A DNA stretch of 63,737 bases, the filler included, from Intoshia linei (lineage: Eukaryota; Animalia; Orthonectida): NCBI GenBank assembly GCA_001642005.1. It is 5 parts of 5 records of this genome, joined end to end, with 100 filler letters (N's around TTAATTAATTAA, not from the genome) between each part and the next. Parts side by side here need not be neighbours in the genome. Positions count along the whole stretch, not along the records: positions 1 to 27,146 come from LWCA01000443.1; 4 more parts are not named here. One strand, given 5' to 3'. Shown in pieces: positions 1 through 11,509 of this stretch (its first letter is position 1; each line of letters opens with the position of its first letter). Under the pieces are notes generated by a model. The model saw only the letters and a program-made list of their open reading frames with translations. It had not been told where the DNA came from and ran no database searches. The position numbers and the translations under genes are program-made.

Positions 1-974
1 CGATCTAATTTTTGTAGGCATTTGAAAGTATTTATGGTACTGTCGTTACTTCACCACGTAAAGAATCTGAGAAATAGTATAAATGAATTTTTGTAATAGA
101 AGTGAAAAGGTTGTGCTTTAGGAGTGAATTTTTGAAACAAACTTTTTTAAATGTATCATTATGATACAACTTGTATGGGTCCAACAGTTACGAATTTGAC
201 TTCCTTAACATTTCATCAACATTATGCCCGTGTTGTATTATTTCTGTGACATTTTATATACGAATTACATTTTTGTCAAAAATGTTGCTTCTCAAAGATA
301 TCTACACGATGCTAACCCTATACTTCTGTAAACCTTTATGTACACATTTATTGAGGGTTCTTTTTATTTTTCAGATAGAATATGGAAGATATGAAACATT
401 AAAGTCTAATTAAAATCAAAATAATTATTATTTTTTTATTAAGTGATTTATGTTAAGTATATTACGTTTATATTATTTTGACACAAAAAAAATTTTTAGC
501 AATTACTGATGAAATTTTGAATATAAAATAGAGAGAAAAAAATATTTTTTTATCATTAATTAGACCCATTTTAATTTTTGTATTAGGCAGGTAAGATTGT
601 TGTCAATAGAAATGACGATTTGAATAAAAAATATAAACATAATGGCAAGGTTACATACAATGTTATAAATCTTATTTATGAAAACTATTTCCTTTGAGCA
701 GGCCGATGTTTTTCAAAATTTAGGCTTAACGAATGGTACTACCGTTCTTAGAATTTTTTTCTCATCCTGTATAATCCTGTATTTTTGTTCTTAGAAAAAA
801 GTTAACACCCTAATATACATATTAGATATTTATATTAGGGTAGTAGGGTAACGTATTTATATATCACAGAAAAATGAGATTAGGAACAATAATATTGTTG
901 AAAAAGTCTACATACACGTTATAATATTTAATATGACACCCTTTAACTTTAAATAAATCGCAAATGCTATATTT

Positions 975-1735
975 ATATCCATTGATAAGATCATACATGA
1001 CATATTTGGACATTTTCCCTATTCTTCATAGCAGTATACGTCTAATTGGTTAATATTTTCTGGTTTCCTAACTCCACCGTTTTTATGCGTAAACTAAAGA
1101 AATTTTGGATTGAATTTAAAGCAATTGATTGGGAGGGCCATTATAATACCTCGATTTTTTTTGAGCAAAGCCACATTCATGTTTTTTCAATCTATGTTTG
1201 GGATCATTGTCTTATTGTTGTACAAAATTTTATATAGATTTCACTATCCGTATGACCATTTATTTTGACGAGTGATCTAACTCCTTTTATACTGAAACAT
1301 TTCCAATAAATCAGACTTCCATCTTCATATTTAGCGGTGGGTTTTATATTTTTTTCTTCCAACCCTCATTTGACCTACTCCTTACGAATCGTTTGGTATT
1401 ATGTCCAATAATTTAAATTTTGTATTATTTGTCAAAATAACACGAAACCAATCAAAATTAGAAAAATGTTTCAATGGAAAAAGTTATCGACTCTTTTTAT
1501 TCTTTTCACTGAGAAGTGTTTTTCGTAATGCTCTTAACCCCATCTTTGTAATTCCTCGTGAAATAGTTGATTTGTCAACACCCACGCCAATTAATTGCAA
1601 ATCATGATTCATTTTTTCAAAAGTTATAAAAGAATCTATAATAATAGACATCATTATCATAAACATTCCTATATCGTTTATCTTAATTGACCTATTTGAT
1701 CTTGGTTTGTTTTTAACAGAGTAAGATTTTCCCAT
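975..1735 (-). mobile_element. Degenerate Tc1/mariner transposase pseudogene
   Basis: Minus-strand translation gives the HTH-like VGVDKSTISRGITKMGL, KPTAKYEDGSLIYWKCFSIKGVRSLVKINGHTDSEIY (Tc1 PTVKHGGGS..VWGCF motif) and WPSQSIALNSIQN (1140-1102; WPSQSPDLNPIEN motif). Contains stops and frameshifts. Ends approximate. Confidence 0.85.
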
Positions 1736-2239
1736 CTTTTTATTATTGATATTACACTAGGTCTCGACATAATTAAATTTTTGGATATATTTCAATAGAG
1801 ATAAAAATAAGAGAATTAATTTTGTTTATTAAATAATCCTAAATCAATTGGCTACAGTCTTCTTGGATGAAGTATTACAAATTCATTAACCAAACTTTCA
1901 ATATCAAAATTATAGTCATAGTGACAATTCATGAGGGCCAGTCCACATAACAAAAGGTCTCAAGTCACATTGTTCCTGTAATGACATGTAATGTTATGTG
2001 CCATCTAATTGTTTTAATAAATTTAAACCTTTTTTAGTTATTTTACAAAACATTAATTAATTTTTTTTTTTAAAATTTAAGTGGTGCAACTGTACCTTCT
2101 GCACCCCCTTGAATCCGCCCCTGTACCACAACCATAAAGTACGTACAAGAAATGTCATAATTTAATATTTAAATAGTACAATGAAATTAATATGTCATGA
2201 TTAGAGTAAAAATAATAAAAACAAATATCGCTCTTGTAT

Positions 2240-2451
2240 AATGAACATAGAAGTACAATTTTCATTGTACATTGTACCTATTTCAAATATTAAATCGAGA
2301 TTTGAATCACTACGCAAAAAACAACCCCAAATATCATAGTGACAAATTTGTATTAATATCTTAACGGTTAATGAGTAAAATTTTTATTTGGGTCAGGAAC
2401 TTTTTACATCACTAAAATGGGGCGCGCGTGAAAAAAGGTTAAGAAGCGCTG
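2240..2451 (+). mobile_element. 3' remnant of a Buster-type hAT element
   Basis: ISNIKSRFESLRKKQPQIS* resembles a Buster transposase C-terminus. It is followed by TIR-like AAGGTTAAGAAGCGCTG and flank ATCTACAT (TA at positions 4-5). Confidence 0.55.
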
Positions 2452-2941
2452 ATCTACATCAATAGAGGTAAAAAATTTTTGACTCGTCATTTGAAAGTAA
2501 TTGTGATTTGGACCGCGAGTGAAAAATAGTTCCCATTCCTATACTTACAGGTCTTGTACCTAAAGCAATTGGGAAACAGTACATTAAATAAAAAATATTT
2601 ATTTATCAAATTTTAAATAAGGCTTCTATGAAAATCTTATATGTCAACAACAATGTATACACCATTGTCCCAGAAATGTTTCCATATTAGAAAGTGACTG
2701 AATAAACTAAAAAGGATTTAAAAACCTGTGATTTAAATCTATTGTAATTTTTGAGAAATAAAATATAAACTCATAAAAAACATTTATTACTTAGATACCT
2801 GAAAATAAGTTTGATGTTTATAAATTATCGCATGAACTTGTAAAACGGTAATGTATTTATTAATTAATTAAGTATTGTTAAGATTTCTGAATATTTCAAT
2901 TAGTCATTGAACACTTTCAGTTTATTCGCTAGGTTAATTGA

Positions 2942-5867
2942 ATGCAGCACAATTCACTCATCCATCTGATTTCTGGCGGGTAATTCAAGTGGTTTCGTGG
3001 GCTAATCATTATACATTGTAGCATTGGCGGAACCACTGCTGCTATTTTAACATGTCCTCTTGAAGTTGTTAAAACTCGCTTACAATCATCATATTTATCT
3101 AAACCTTACAGTTCCATAGAAGGTCAATCTAATCGATCTCCAGGGTTGATGAGAATATTGAGGTGAATTTTTTAATTATATTTGAATAATGATTTGCCAT
3201 ATTAATATTAATCGTTTAGTCATATTGTTAAAACCGAAGGTGTTGGTGGGCTTTTTAAAGGTGTCGGACCAACACTAGGTACAATACTTTATATTTTTGT
3301 ATTTACTATTTTTAGTTGGAGTTATACCATCCCGGTATTTTAATATACAGGAATACCTCGGTTATTTCGGTTCAAAATATGGGGGGAAAGAAGTACAGAC
3401 TGTTAAATGATTTATTTAAATGAAAAGCATGATATTACATGTCACTGATATCACAAGTATGAGTAGTACAAATTATATAAGTTCCAAGGTGTGTGAGTCA
3501 TAACGGGTATCAACCGAGGTACACCTGTCATTCAATAAATTTGGATATATCTATTTTATATTTTAGAGCTATATACTTTGGTATGTATGCTAAATCAAAA
3601 AATTTTTATAATAATATATTCAGCTATGAAACACCTTTAGTTCATGGATTTTCTGCTTTTACTGCAGGTATGCCGACTATGATTCCGAGTTAATCAATAA
3701 AATTAGGTGTATTGTCTTCTACCTTAACGAATCCCATATGGTTTATCAAAACAAGAATTCAACTCAATAAATCGTATGTATTTTTATCATAGAGTTAACT
3801 ATTTTTATTAGATTCAATTTATAAAATAAAACAGTTAGTATCAACGGGGTCCTGTGAAAACTTTTTTTTAAATTATAAATCCGTAGACTACTGTGGTCTT
3901 ATTTTTTAATGCATATTAAAATTAACTCCATCACTTATAAGAAAGAATTTATAAATAATGGATTGTATTTAATGCAAAGAAATACATTTATAATTTATTA
4001 TAATTAACCCTTTCACTGTCTGATGCAATTTGAATGGAATTTGTTTGAATTTAAACTTGTATTATTTTTAAATTACCTATGTGAAAATAAAAGAATAAAG
4101 TTTTTCAAAATTATGCTGTGTATATCATACAATACACCGACGTGTGAAGTGAAATTGCTGTGTATAGTATAGAATACACAGACAGTGAAAAGGTTAAGGC
4201 TATTTTTTAACCTATAATATATTTTAACTAAATTTTTATTAGAGTATAAATTTCATTCTGGCAAATTTAAACTTCTATATCGCAATTTTTTTATTTAGTG
4301 ACAAATTTATGCTGAATCAAAATATATTACAATTCGAATAATTGCTGCTAAAATTTAACCTAAATTGAAGTTTACCTTTTAGATAAAGATGTAACTTAAC
4401 TTTTTTTCAAATTTTAAGTATCTAATTCAGGGGTGCACAACCTTTTCACAAATTCAGCCGCAAAACTAATTTACTCATTGATACTATGGCCGTACAAAAT
4501 TTACTTTGACATTGAGAAAGTCGTAAATTTAACTTTGATAAAAATATTTTCAATTTTCCTTGAATAAAATCTGATTTAAAATTTTTCAATTTGACGTAAA
4601 ATGGTATATTTAATTGTACAAAAAAGCAACCACAAAATTTAAATTCAGTAATTTTAAAATTTTTTAATTTGAAGTGAAATTATATATTGCATTATGATCA
4701 CATGGATTACCCACGGCTGCAGATTGTGCAACCCTGATCTATTTAATATTGATATCATAATGATTATACAGTGGTTTTTGTTCAATATGAATTTTAATAG
4801 TACACTACTTTTCTTACTAAAATTAAAACATCACTAGTTACGATATTAATTAAAATATTAGATGAATACATAAACAATTTATTCAAGTCCTTAGTAAGGA
4901 CTCCTTCCCTAGAAGAATAAACTCTGTAATTAAATCAGGTGGTCGTGTAATACAAGATATTAATACTAATAAATTATTTTTTAATGTTTGAGATTACCGA
5001 ATAATTTTAATTTATTATTGATCTACTCACTACAACGAGTAATATGATTATAAAAAAAATTTTTTTTAATTTATGGGTTATTTTGCGTTGGCTTTTCGAT
5101 TTTATAATTTTATGTTTGTCACCTGAAATCATTAAAATTGATGACAGTTTTAAACCGTCTATGTTTAACGACTTTTGTAAAAATTTTAAGAAGATTGACA
5201 TTTAGTTCTCATATTATAGCCGTTTTAATGGTGCCTAAAAGTTTTCCACGGATCTGTACATGTATTACATAAACTGTTAACTAGGATTTGTACTGTATTA
5301 TGTAATTGTAAGTATACTGTGTCATATTATAATATGAAATCAATTGTAAATTTAACATGTGTATTTTCTATTTTTAGCAACTTGACTATATCAAATTGCG
5401 TAAAAACTACTCTAAAAAATGATGGCGTGCGTAGTTTTTTCAAAGGAGTAACAGCATCATATTACGGGTTAATTGAAACTGCTATAAATTTTGTATTATA
5501 CGAACATTTCAAAAAAAAGTTTGAAATCAACCACAGCAATCTCAATCTTACTTTCAAAGATGGGTCTATTTTCCTTTTTTGTACATTAGTATCAAAATCA
5601 ATAGCTTCATGCATTGGTTACCCACACGGTAATTGATTTTAATTGAGTGAATATACATATTTAGAAGTGGCTAGGACAAGAATACGAGAAAGAGGGAATC
5701 ATTATAAATCATTTTGGCCAACATTATATAAAGTCGCACATGAAGAGGGATTTCATGTTTTATATCGCGGACTTTCCACTCATTTGATACGAAATATACC
5801 AAATACTTTAATAATCATGTCAACCTATGAAATGTGTGTACACTTTTTTTATAAAAAAACAAATTGA
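2942..5867 (+). CDS. SLC25A36: Mitochondrial pyrimidine nucleotide carrier (SLC25A33/36, Rim2 family), multi-exon
   Basis: Spliced translation MQHNSLIHLISGG/IGGTTAAILTCPLEVVKTRLQSS...LTNPIWFIKTRIQL...GYPHEVARTRIRE..LYRGLSTHLIRNIPNT contains three Px[DE/W]xx[KR]xR carrier motifs. GT-AG introns, e.g. 2980-3021 (42 bp), plus one large MITE-filled intron of about 3774-5378. Confidence 0.93.
3348..3527. mobile_element. pogo/Tigger-like MITE in an SLC25 intron
   Basis: Imperfect TIR CAGGAATACCTCGGTT / AACCGAGGTACACCTG, with TA on the left. Confidence 0.6.
4008..4193. mobile_element. piggyBac-type MITE
   Basis: TTAA|CCCTTTCACTGTCTG ... CAGACAGTGAAAAGG|TTAA: TTAA TSD, 15-bp TIR, and a subterminal direct repeat TGCTGTGTATA..ATA.AATACAC.GA (x2). 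Confidence 0.85.
4428..4736. mobile_element. Buster/hAT MITE
   Basis: TIR CAGGGGTGCACAACCT / AGATTGTGCAACCCTG; 8-bp TSD ATCTAATT / ATCTATTT. Confidence 0.85.
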
Positions 5868-5908
5868 ATGTATATAAATTTAATGTATATTGATGTACAA
5901 AATAAATA

Positions 5909-7881
5909 TTATATGACACAAGGATTAGTCGTATTATAGTAATTTTCTTTTTTTTCTGCGACGATTGATAGGCTTTTCAAAGATCCATTTTCGGTGTGGT
6001 GACTAAATCCAATATTTTTCGTTGAATATGCGTCATGAGATTGTCCTCTAATTTTTTCTTTCCAAATTGAAATGGATTTTTTACCACAAATGATAATAAT
6101 TACAGCAATGGCAGGAATTAAATTCAATATAATTTCCAACATATTGATGTGAGTTTTTACACTATTAAAGGAACCACACTTTTCAGAGCAAATGGAATTC
6201 ATAATGTTTTTTTCCTCATTATAATTGTTTTTGTTATGGATTGTGTAAAAGAATTCAAAATTATAAATATTTAGCAATTTCTGAATTTGTTCGAATAGCA
6301 ACACAAAAAGAGATATTAAGACAATAACCGAAAAAACGGCCATTTTAAGTATCAGGTTTTCTATTTTACTAGCTTGAGAATTAACTAGACTAAATATTGA
6401 TTTCCGAGAATTGTTTTGAAATGTGTTCATAGTTTGATCATTATGATTTTTAGTGCGAAATGCACAACAAAATCCGATGACAAATAAAACTAGCGAGAGA
6501 CTAAGAGTTATACTTGTTGGTACTATATCGAACAAAATGGAATCCATTTTTCTATTTAGACCTATCCAACAGCGCGTCATAAGTGGGTCTGCTGAAATAG
6601 AAGCTATAGTGGCACAGACAATTGTAATTATAGAAGAAACTAGATAAACTAACGTATGTAATATGACTGATATCTTTCCAATAGATTCTCTTTCCCAATT
6701 CAATGCCGTCATGAGAAACCAGCAAATACTGAGACAAATGCACCAACCATAAGCACACGAACGGCAAAAATAGACAATTATAAATAATATTTTACAGGTT
6801 GAAATAAATGGAAGTGTATCAGTAATCACTCGATAAGAATTAGTAGTTAGAACATTGTGGATATTAATGGAGGTTTCAGAAGAGCACATTTGATTTTCAC
6901 TTCCAATAAATAGAGAAATCATTGAAATAATTATGATAACGAGGTACCAAAATGACATTTGAATAATCGCTCGTTCTGGGTACTGAAATCTGTTTGGTTT
7001 TATAAAGTGTGTAATTAAAGCAAGGGTTGTACACAAAAAAGCGCTAATTAAGCATAACCAATTCCACCATTTTAAAAGTGAAATTTCACGATGGAGAAAA
7101 CTTGTTTGTATGTGTGAAATTGTGCCTGCTACTACTGGAGAACCGTTAAAACTATCATAAATATCCAGATTAGATTCCATTCCATAAAGTTTATCACATG
7201 AAATAAAGCACTTGTTTTTGATGTTAATATATGGGTAATGGCATTTGCAACTACAATTTTTGGTTTTAGGTGAGTGTCGTAATTTAGGTGTTGTCACATG
7301 TACAGGGTGGATAGTGGTAATTGGTTCCAATTTTTCTATTGGTATATTTGTATTAATCAGTGGCAGATCTTTGTCAAATGGAGTAGCACAAAATTGTTGT
7401 TCTTCTCTTGTTGGAAAACTACTGCTGTAACAATCTAATATAGGTGGAAGTTTCATTACAATTTTCAACTTATTTATCACTCCTTTACAACTGTCTTTAA
7501 CTCGCAGACAAAAGTTTCTGCACGGTCTCATAACTGTAGGTCCCTCAGGAAAATCGTCATTTTGACATGCTGGCACATAAAGTAAGCAAATGAGATAATC
7601 TAAATATTTTGAACAATTTTCGCTGTTGTAACTCTTGTATCCTTCTACGATTGTTTCAATTTGAGTCTGAGTTCCATACATGCTATCCTAAAAAAGATAT
7701 TACAACAATAGACGTTAAAGCTGAAAATGGTTATAAAAATTCTAGAAATTAAAAATACTGATATGGTGTAGTTGTATCCCATTCCTCGGCAAAATTTAAC
7801 TGTAAGTGGAATGCATTTAGTGTCACCCCTTTGGAGAGTATACCTTGTATAAATTAGTAAAATGGCATAAATCAGCTTCAT
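5909..7881 (-). CDS. FZD: Frizzled family Wnt receptor (2 exons: 7881-7759, 7687-5909)
   Basis: Signal peptide; CRD CIPLTVKFCRGMGYNYT../..CSKYLDYLICLLYVPAC..PCRNFCLRVKDSC; RFQYPERAII; seven hydrophobic segments; KSISIW (KTxxxW-like). A 71-bp GT-AG intron (7688-7758) joins the exons in frame. Subfamily unclear. Confidence 0.95.
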
Positions 7882-9017
7882 ATTCTAAACTTGTATTTCT
7901 ATTTCAATTTGACGCAGTAAAATCAAGATTTAATGAGTAATGAAGATTGTGAAATGACAGTTGAGTGTAAGTTGCAATTGTGTTTTAGGTTTGATTGAAA
8001 ATTCTTAAAAGTAGGCGTGGTTATAATCTTTTGTTATAATTATCACGTTCCAGCTTGGGAAACAATAACCACAGGCCATAACGTATAAATTTTCGTAACT
8101 ATTTAAAGTATTTTCCAGACTTTCACAGTTTATTGCGCTAATGTGTTAGTTTTGTTGTACACAAATTGAATTTATTATTGTTCCTTTGTCGACGTAATCA
8201 ATTAAAATATATACTAATTGAACCTTGAATCGATCCATAATTGTAACTTTTCTCACGAAAATAATTTTAAATACTATATTTTTAAAATCCAACAAATGTT
8301 AAAATTCAAATGCGACTTAAAATATTTCTATTGTTTTAAGTTGCTCAAGTGGTCTCATGACACCAACTTACTTTTAATTATATTTTTAATTATTTTTTTT
8401 CTACTACAATTAATGGTTAATATATTTATGTAATTATTAGTTAATTTTGCATTAAATTATTCAACAAATCGGTGTGCTTTGAATTATTTTTATAATTTCA
8501 GTGGTGAAATAAAACAAAAACATGCGAAAATATAACATTATTAATTCCATATATTGTTCGCCTGTAGCAAGTAGCGATATCAAAGTACACTTTAATTTAT
8601 GAAAATTCATGCTGCGTAGATTCATCAGATATTTCATTATAAACAATGAACATATTAATTATTATGGCCAACTCAATCAGTCATTTAATTGTTATATAAA
8701 ATGAAACCACTTCAAATTATATTAAGTGGACACTTATACATTTTTGCTCTTTGGTATATTAATGGTCATTTAAATTAAATATAGTAAATTATTGAAACAA
8801 ACCGTTAATGTCAAAATTTATAAATGTAGAAATTAAAATTTAATTCAAAAAAATAAAATTATAAATATAAAGGACCTTTATTGAAAGTCCTGCATTTTTG
8901 AAAATATTTTCTGATTAATTGCTATAAATATTTTTATAAAAGTATCACCCAATTTCGCTACACAATATACAAAAATAACTTACTAGATGGTTTAACTTGC
9001 GAAATTGACTGTATATG

Positions 9018-9212
9018 TAGAGGCGAGCCTACCCAGTTCGAGACCAGACCGCAAATGAAAAATAAGCACTAAAAATTTTTTTCATAAACTATGCATATAG
9101 TTATGGTATTCAAGAATATAATTTTTGCAATTTGGAAAAATAAGGTCCCCATTTTATAAAAATTTCGTCGAACCCCCAAAGAGAGGTCTCGGATACGGTA
9201 GGTTCGGTACTG
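9018..9212. mobile_element. MITE with GAACCTACC-type TIRs; related copy at about 38068-38449 (opposite orientation)
   Basis: Ends GAGGCGAGCCTACCCAG / GGTAGGTTCGGTACTG. Internal AATTTGGAAAAATAAGGTCCCCATTTTATAAAAATTT is near-identical to the reverse complement of about 38113-38150. Confidence 0.6.
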
Positions 9213-11509
9213 TGTATATGGTTACATCAATCTGCATTCTAATGTATTTTGAATATATGTATAAAAAATCAATTTACCTCAACTCAGAATGTTTGATCAA
9301 AAATATAACAGAATTTTTCGATTGATAGTAGTAAAATTATTTAGGACATTTACGCCTCAATAAAATTGAATGTTCCAAGTTGACATCATACTCTAAAAAT
9401 GACAAATACATTAATCAAATGTGTTATTATGAGTAAGATTTATGGATAGAAAAGTATTAATTTGTATCGTTTGAACAATAAAAGTAAAAATTTAATAATA
9501 AAATCATTTTATTAAATATTTTTATACTCCAAAAAAGAACATAAAATTTATTGGTTAGTAACTAACCCCTTAAAAATATTGTTCATGAAAAAAATTAATT
9601 CTATTGGAATTTGTACTAGGTTATTAATCGAAACCTGTTTAGTGTGCTATCCATATATAAATATGACATTCAAATTAACATCAATGAACATTATTCATTG
9701 AACAATGCACTTATTTACCGAATTGATTATTAACAAAATGTTATTTTTTGAAAATTTAATATTTTCCAAAAACTTGATGATAGACCTCAATGTATCTGTA
9801 ATTTAAATTCATTATCAGTATAATTAATTTTATTTAATATTATTTTTAAATATGACAAATTTGATGACATGAAAAAAAGCCAGAGATTTAATAATATAAT
9901 AAACTAAATAAATTATAAAATTTCCGAATTACAAGATAATATTGTATCATTGTTAGCAATGTTTACTGATTTAATACTCTTAAATTAAGAGAAAAACATT
10001 TTTTATATCATAAAAGTAAACATACTTTTTATAAAATAACAATACGTGTAGTAATAAATGTTGTCTTAATTTGAGTTAATTGTTTTGTGAATAATAAAAA
10101 TCCAACTGTCATAGTTGATTTTTCTGACACGTTTTTGTCATTTAAATTAAAAAAGAGGTGACCTAAATGTATTCAATTTCACACTGTGAGCTATCAATAA
10201 TCATTATTCAATGTAATTGTTAGATAAATCTTTCGAAAATAAAAAATAATAAGTATTTTTAAACCAAATACCCGCTGTTCTCATTGTTTGAATTTTATTA
10301 TACTTACTAAATCCTATGCGACCCTCATTGAATGAAAACATTTAAGTTTTAAAATAATTATGCTAAAACTACTGTTTCGTTGAAATTACCTGTAGTTTTA
10401 AATTATATTGTTAGTGTTTTAATTATTGATATATCTGATAATTATATTAGATTGACATAATCATTTACATGCACCAATAATGACATGATTTGTAATACTT
10501 TAGAAATTTACGCAAATATAATTTTATACCGATTAAATAATTGCGTTGCTCCATTATAATATTGAAATGAGACAATCCGACGTCGTTCGTGCCAAAACCA
10601 ATACAACTATTGCGTATTATATATTATCTGGATGAAATCACGACAGCTGTCAATTTCTGTTTATTATGATAACATTAGTCTGGTTTTTATATTATAAAAA
10701 AATAAATTTTTCAATAGTTTTTTTTAAATTTAATGAATGCGTTCATTAACTAAAAATATTGGTAAAAAATAAAATTGTTAAAGATTAAAGGCTTGTGAAA
10801 ATCAAGGTGTTTATTTCAAAGAACAGTAGCAATTGATCAAATTCACTTTGCATGCAACACTAATTCAGAATATCACATTTGACAACTATAAAACGATATT
10901 GATATTACCTATCAATTTTATTAAAAATCTAATTACCTGATACTCATTCGAATTTTTTAAAGAGTATTTTTAAATTTGAAATTATTTGATTGCAGCATTG
11001 TATTCAAAAAAACATAATTTTCATCTTACCATGAGTGACGCTTGTTTGAATAAAAAATATTTATTTCACTTTATTTTTTGTAAAAAGTTATGCAGTATAT
11101 CAGATTTTTTATAGTACAATATATATGTCTAGTTCGGAAGAGACATATTTTTATAGATAATTTGCCGAATAGACAACCTATAATAGTAAATATTATCATA
11201 ACATTTTTCACATCTGTCTCCGTTTTTGAAAAAAATTGACGGCTATGGAATCGGTGAATTATAGAACAAAATATTAACAATATAGTAGATAAACTAATTT
11301 ATTTTAAAAAAGATTTAATTTCCTTTAGATGAGAACATTCTTTGTTAACAATAGTACTAATCGCTTAATTAAATTTAATAAAAAAACGGAATGAATTATT
11401 CTCCGTCTACAATAACTTTTTAACCTTATAAAATTTAAATGAACCATAATAATTCTCTTTTGAAATAAATGTTTAATCTACATAACTAAAAATAGAAATA
11501 TACAGTTCA

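Noticed and set aside
9250-11280. Exon-like blocks on the minus strand between Frizzled and TOP2
   Set aside because: In-frame stops in the frames tried and no recognisable motif; could be a decayed gene but cannot be supported.
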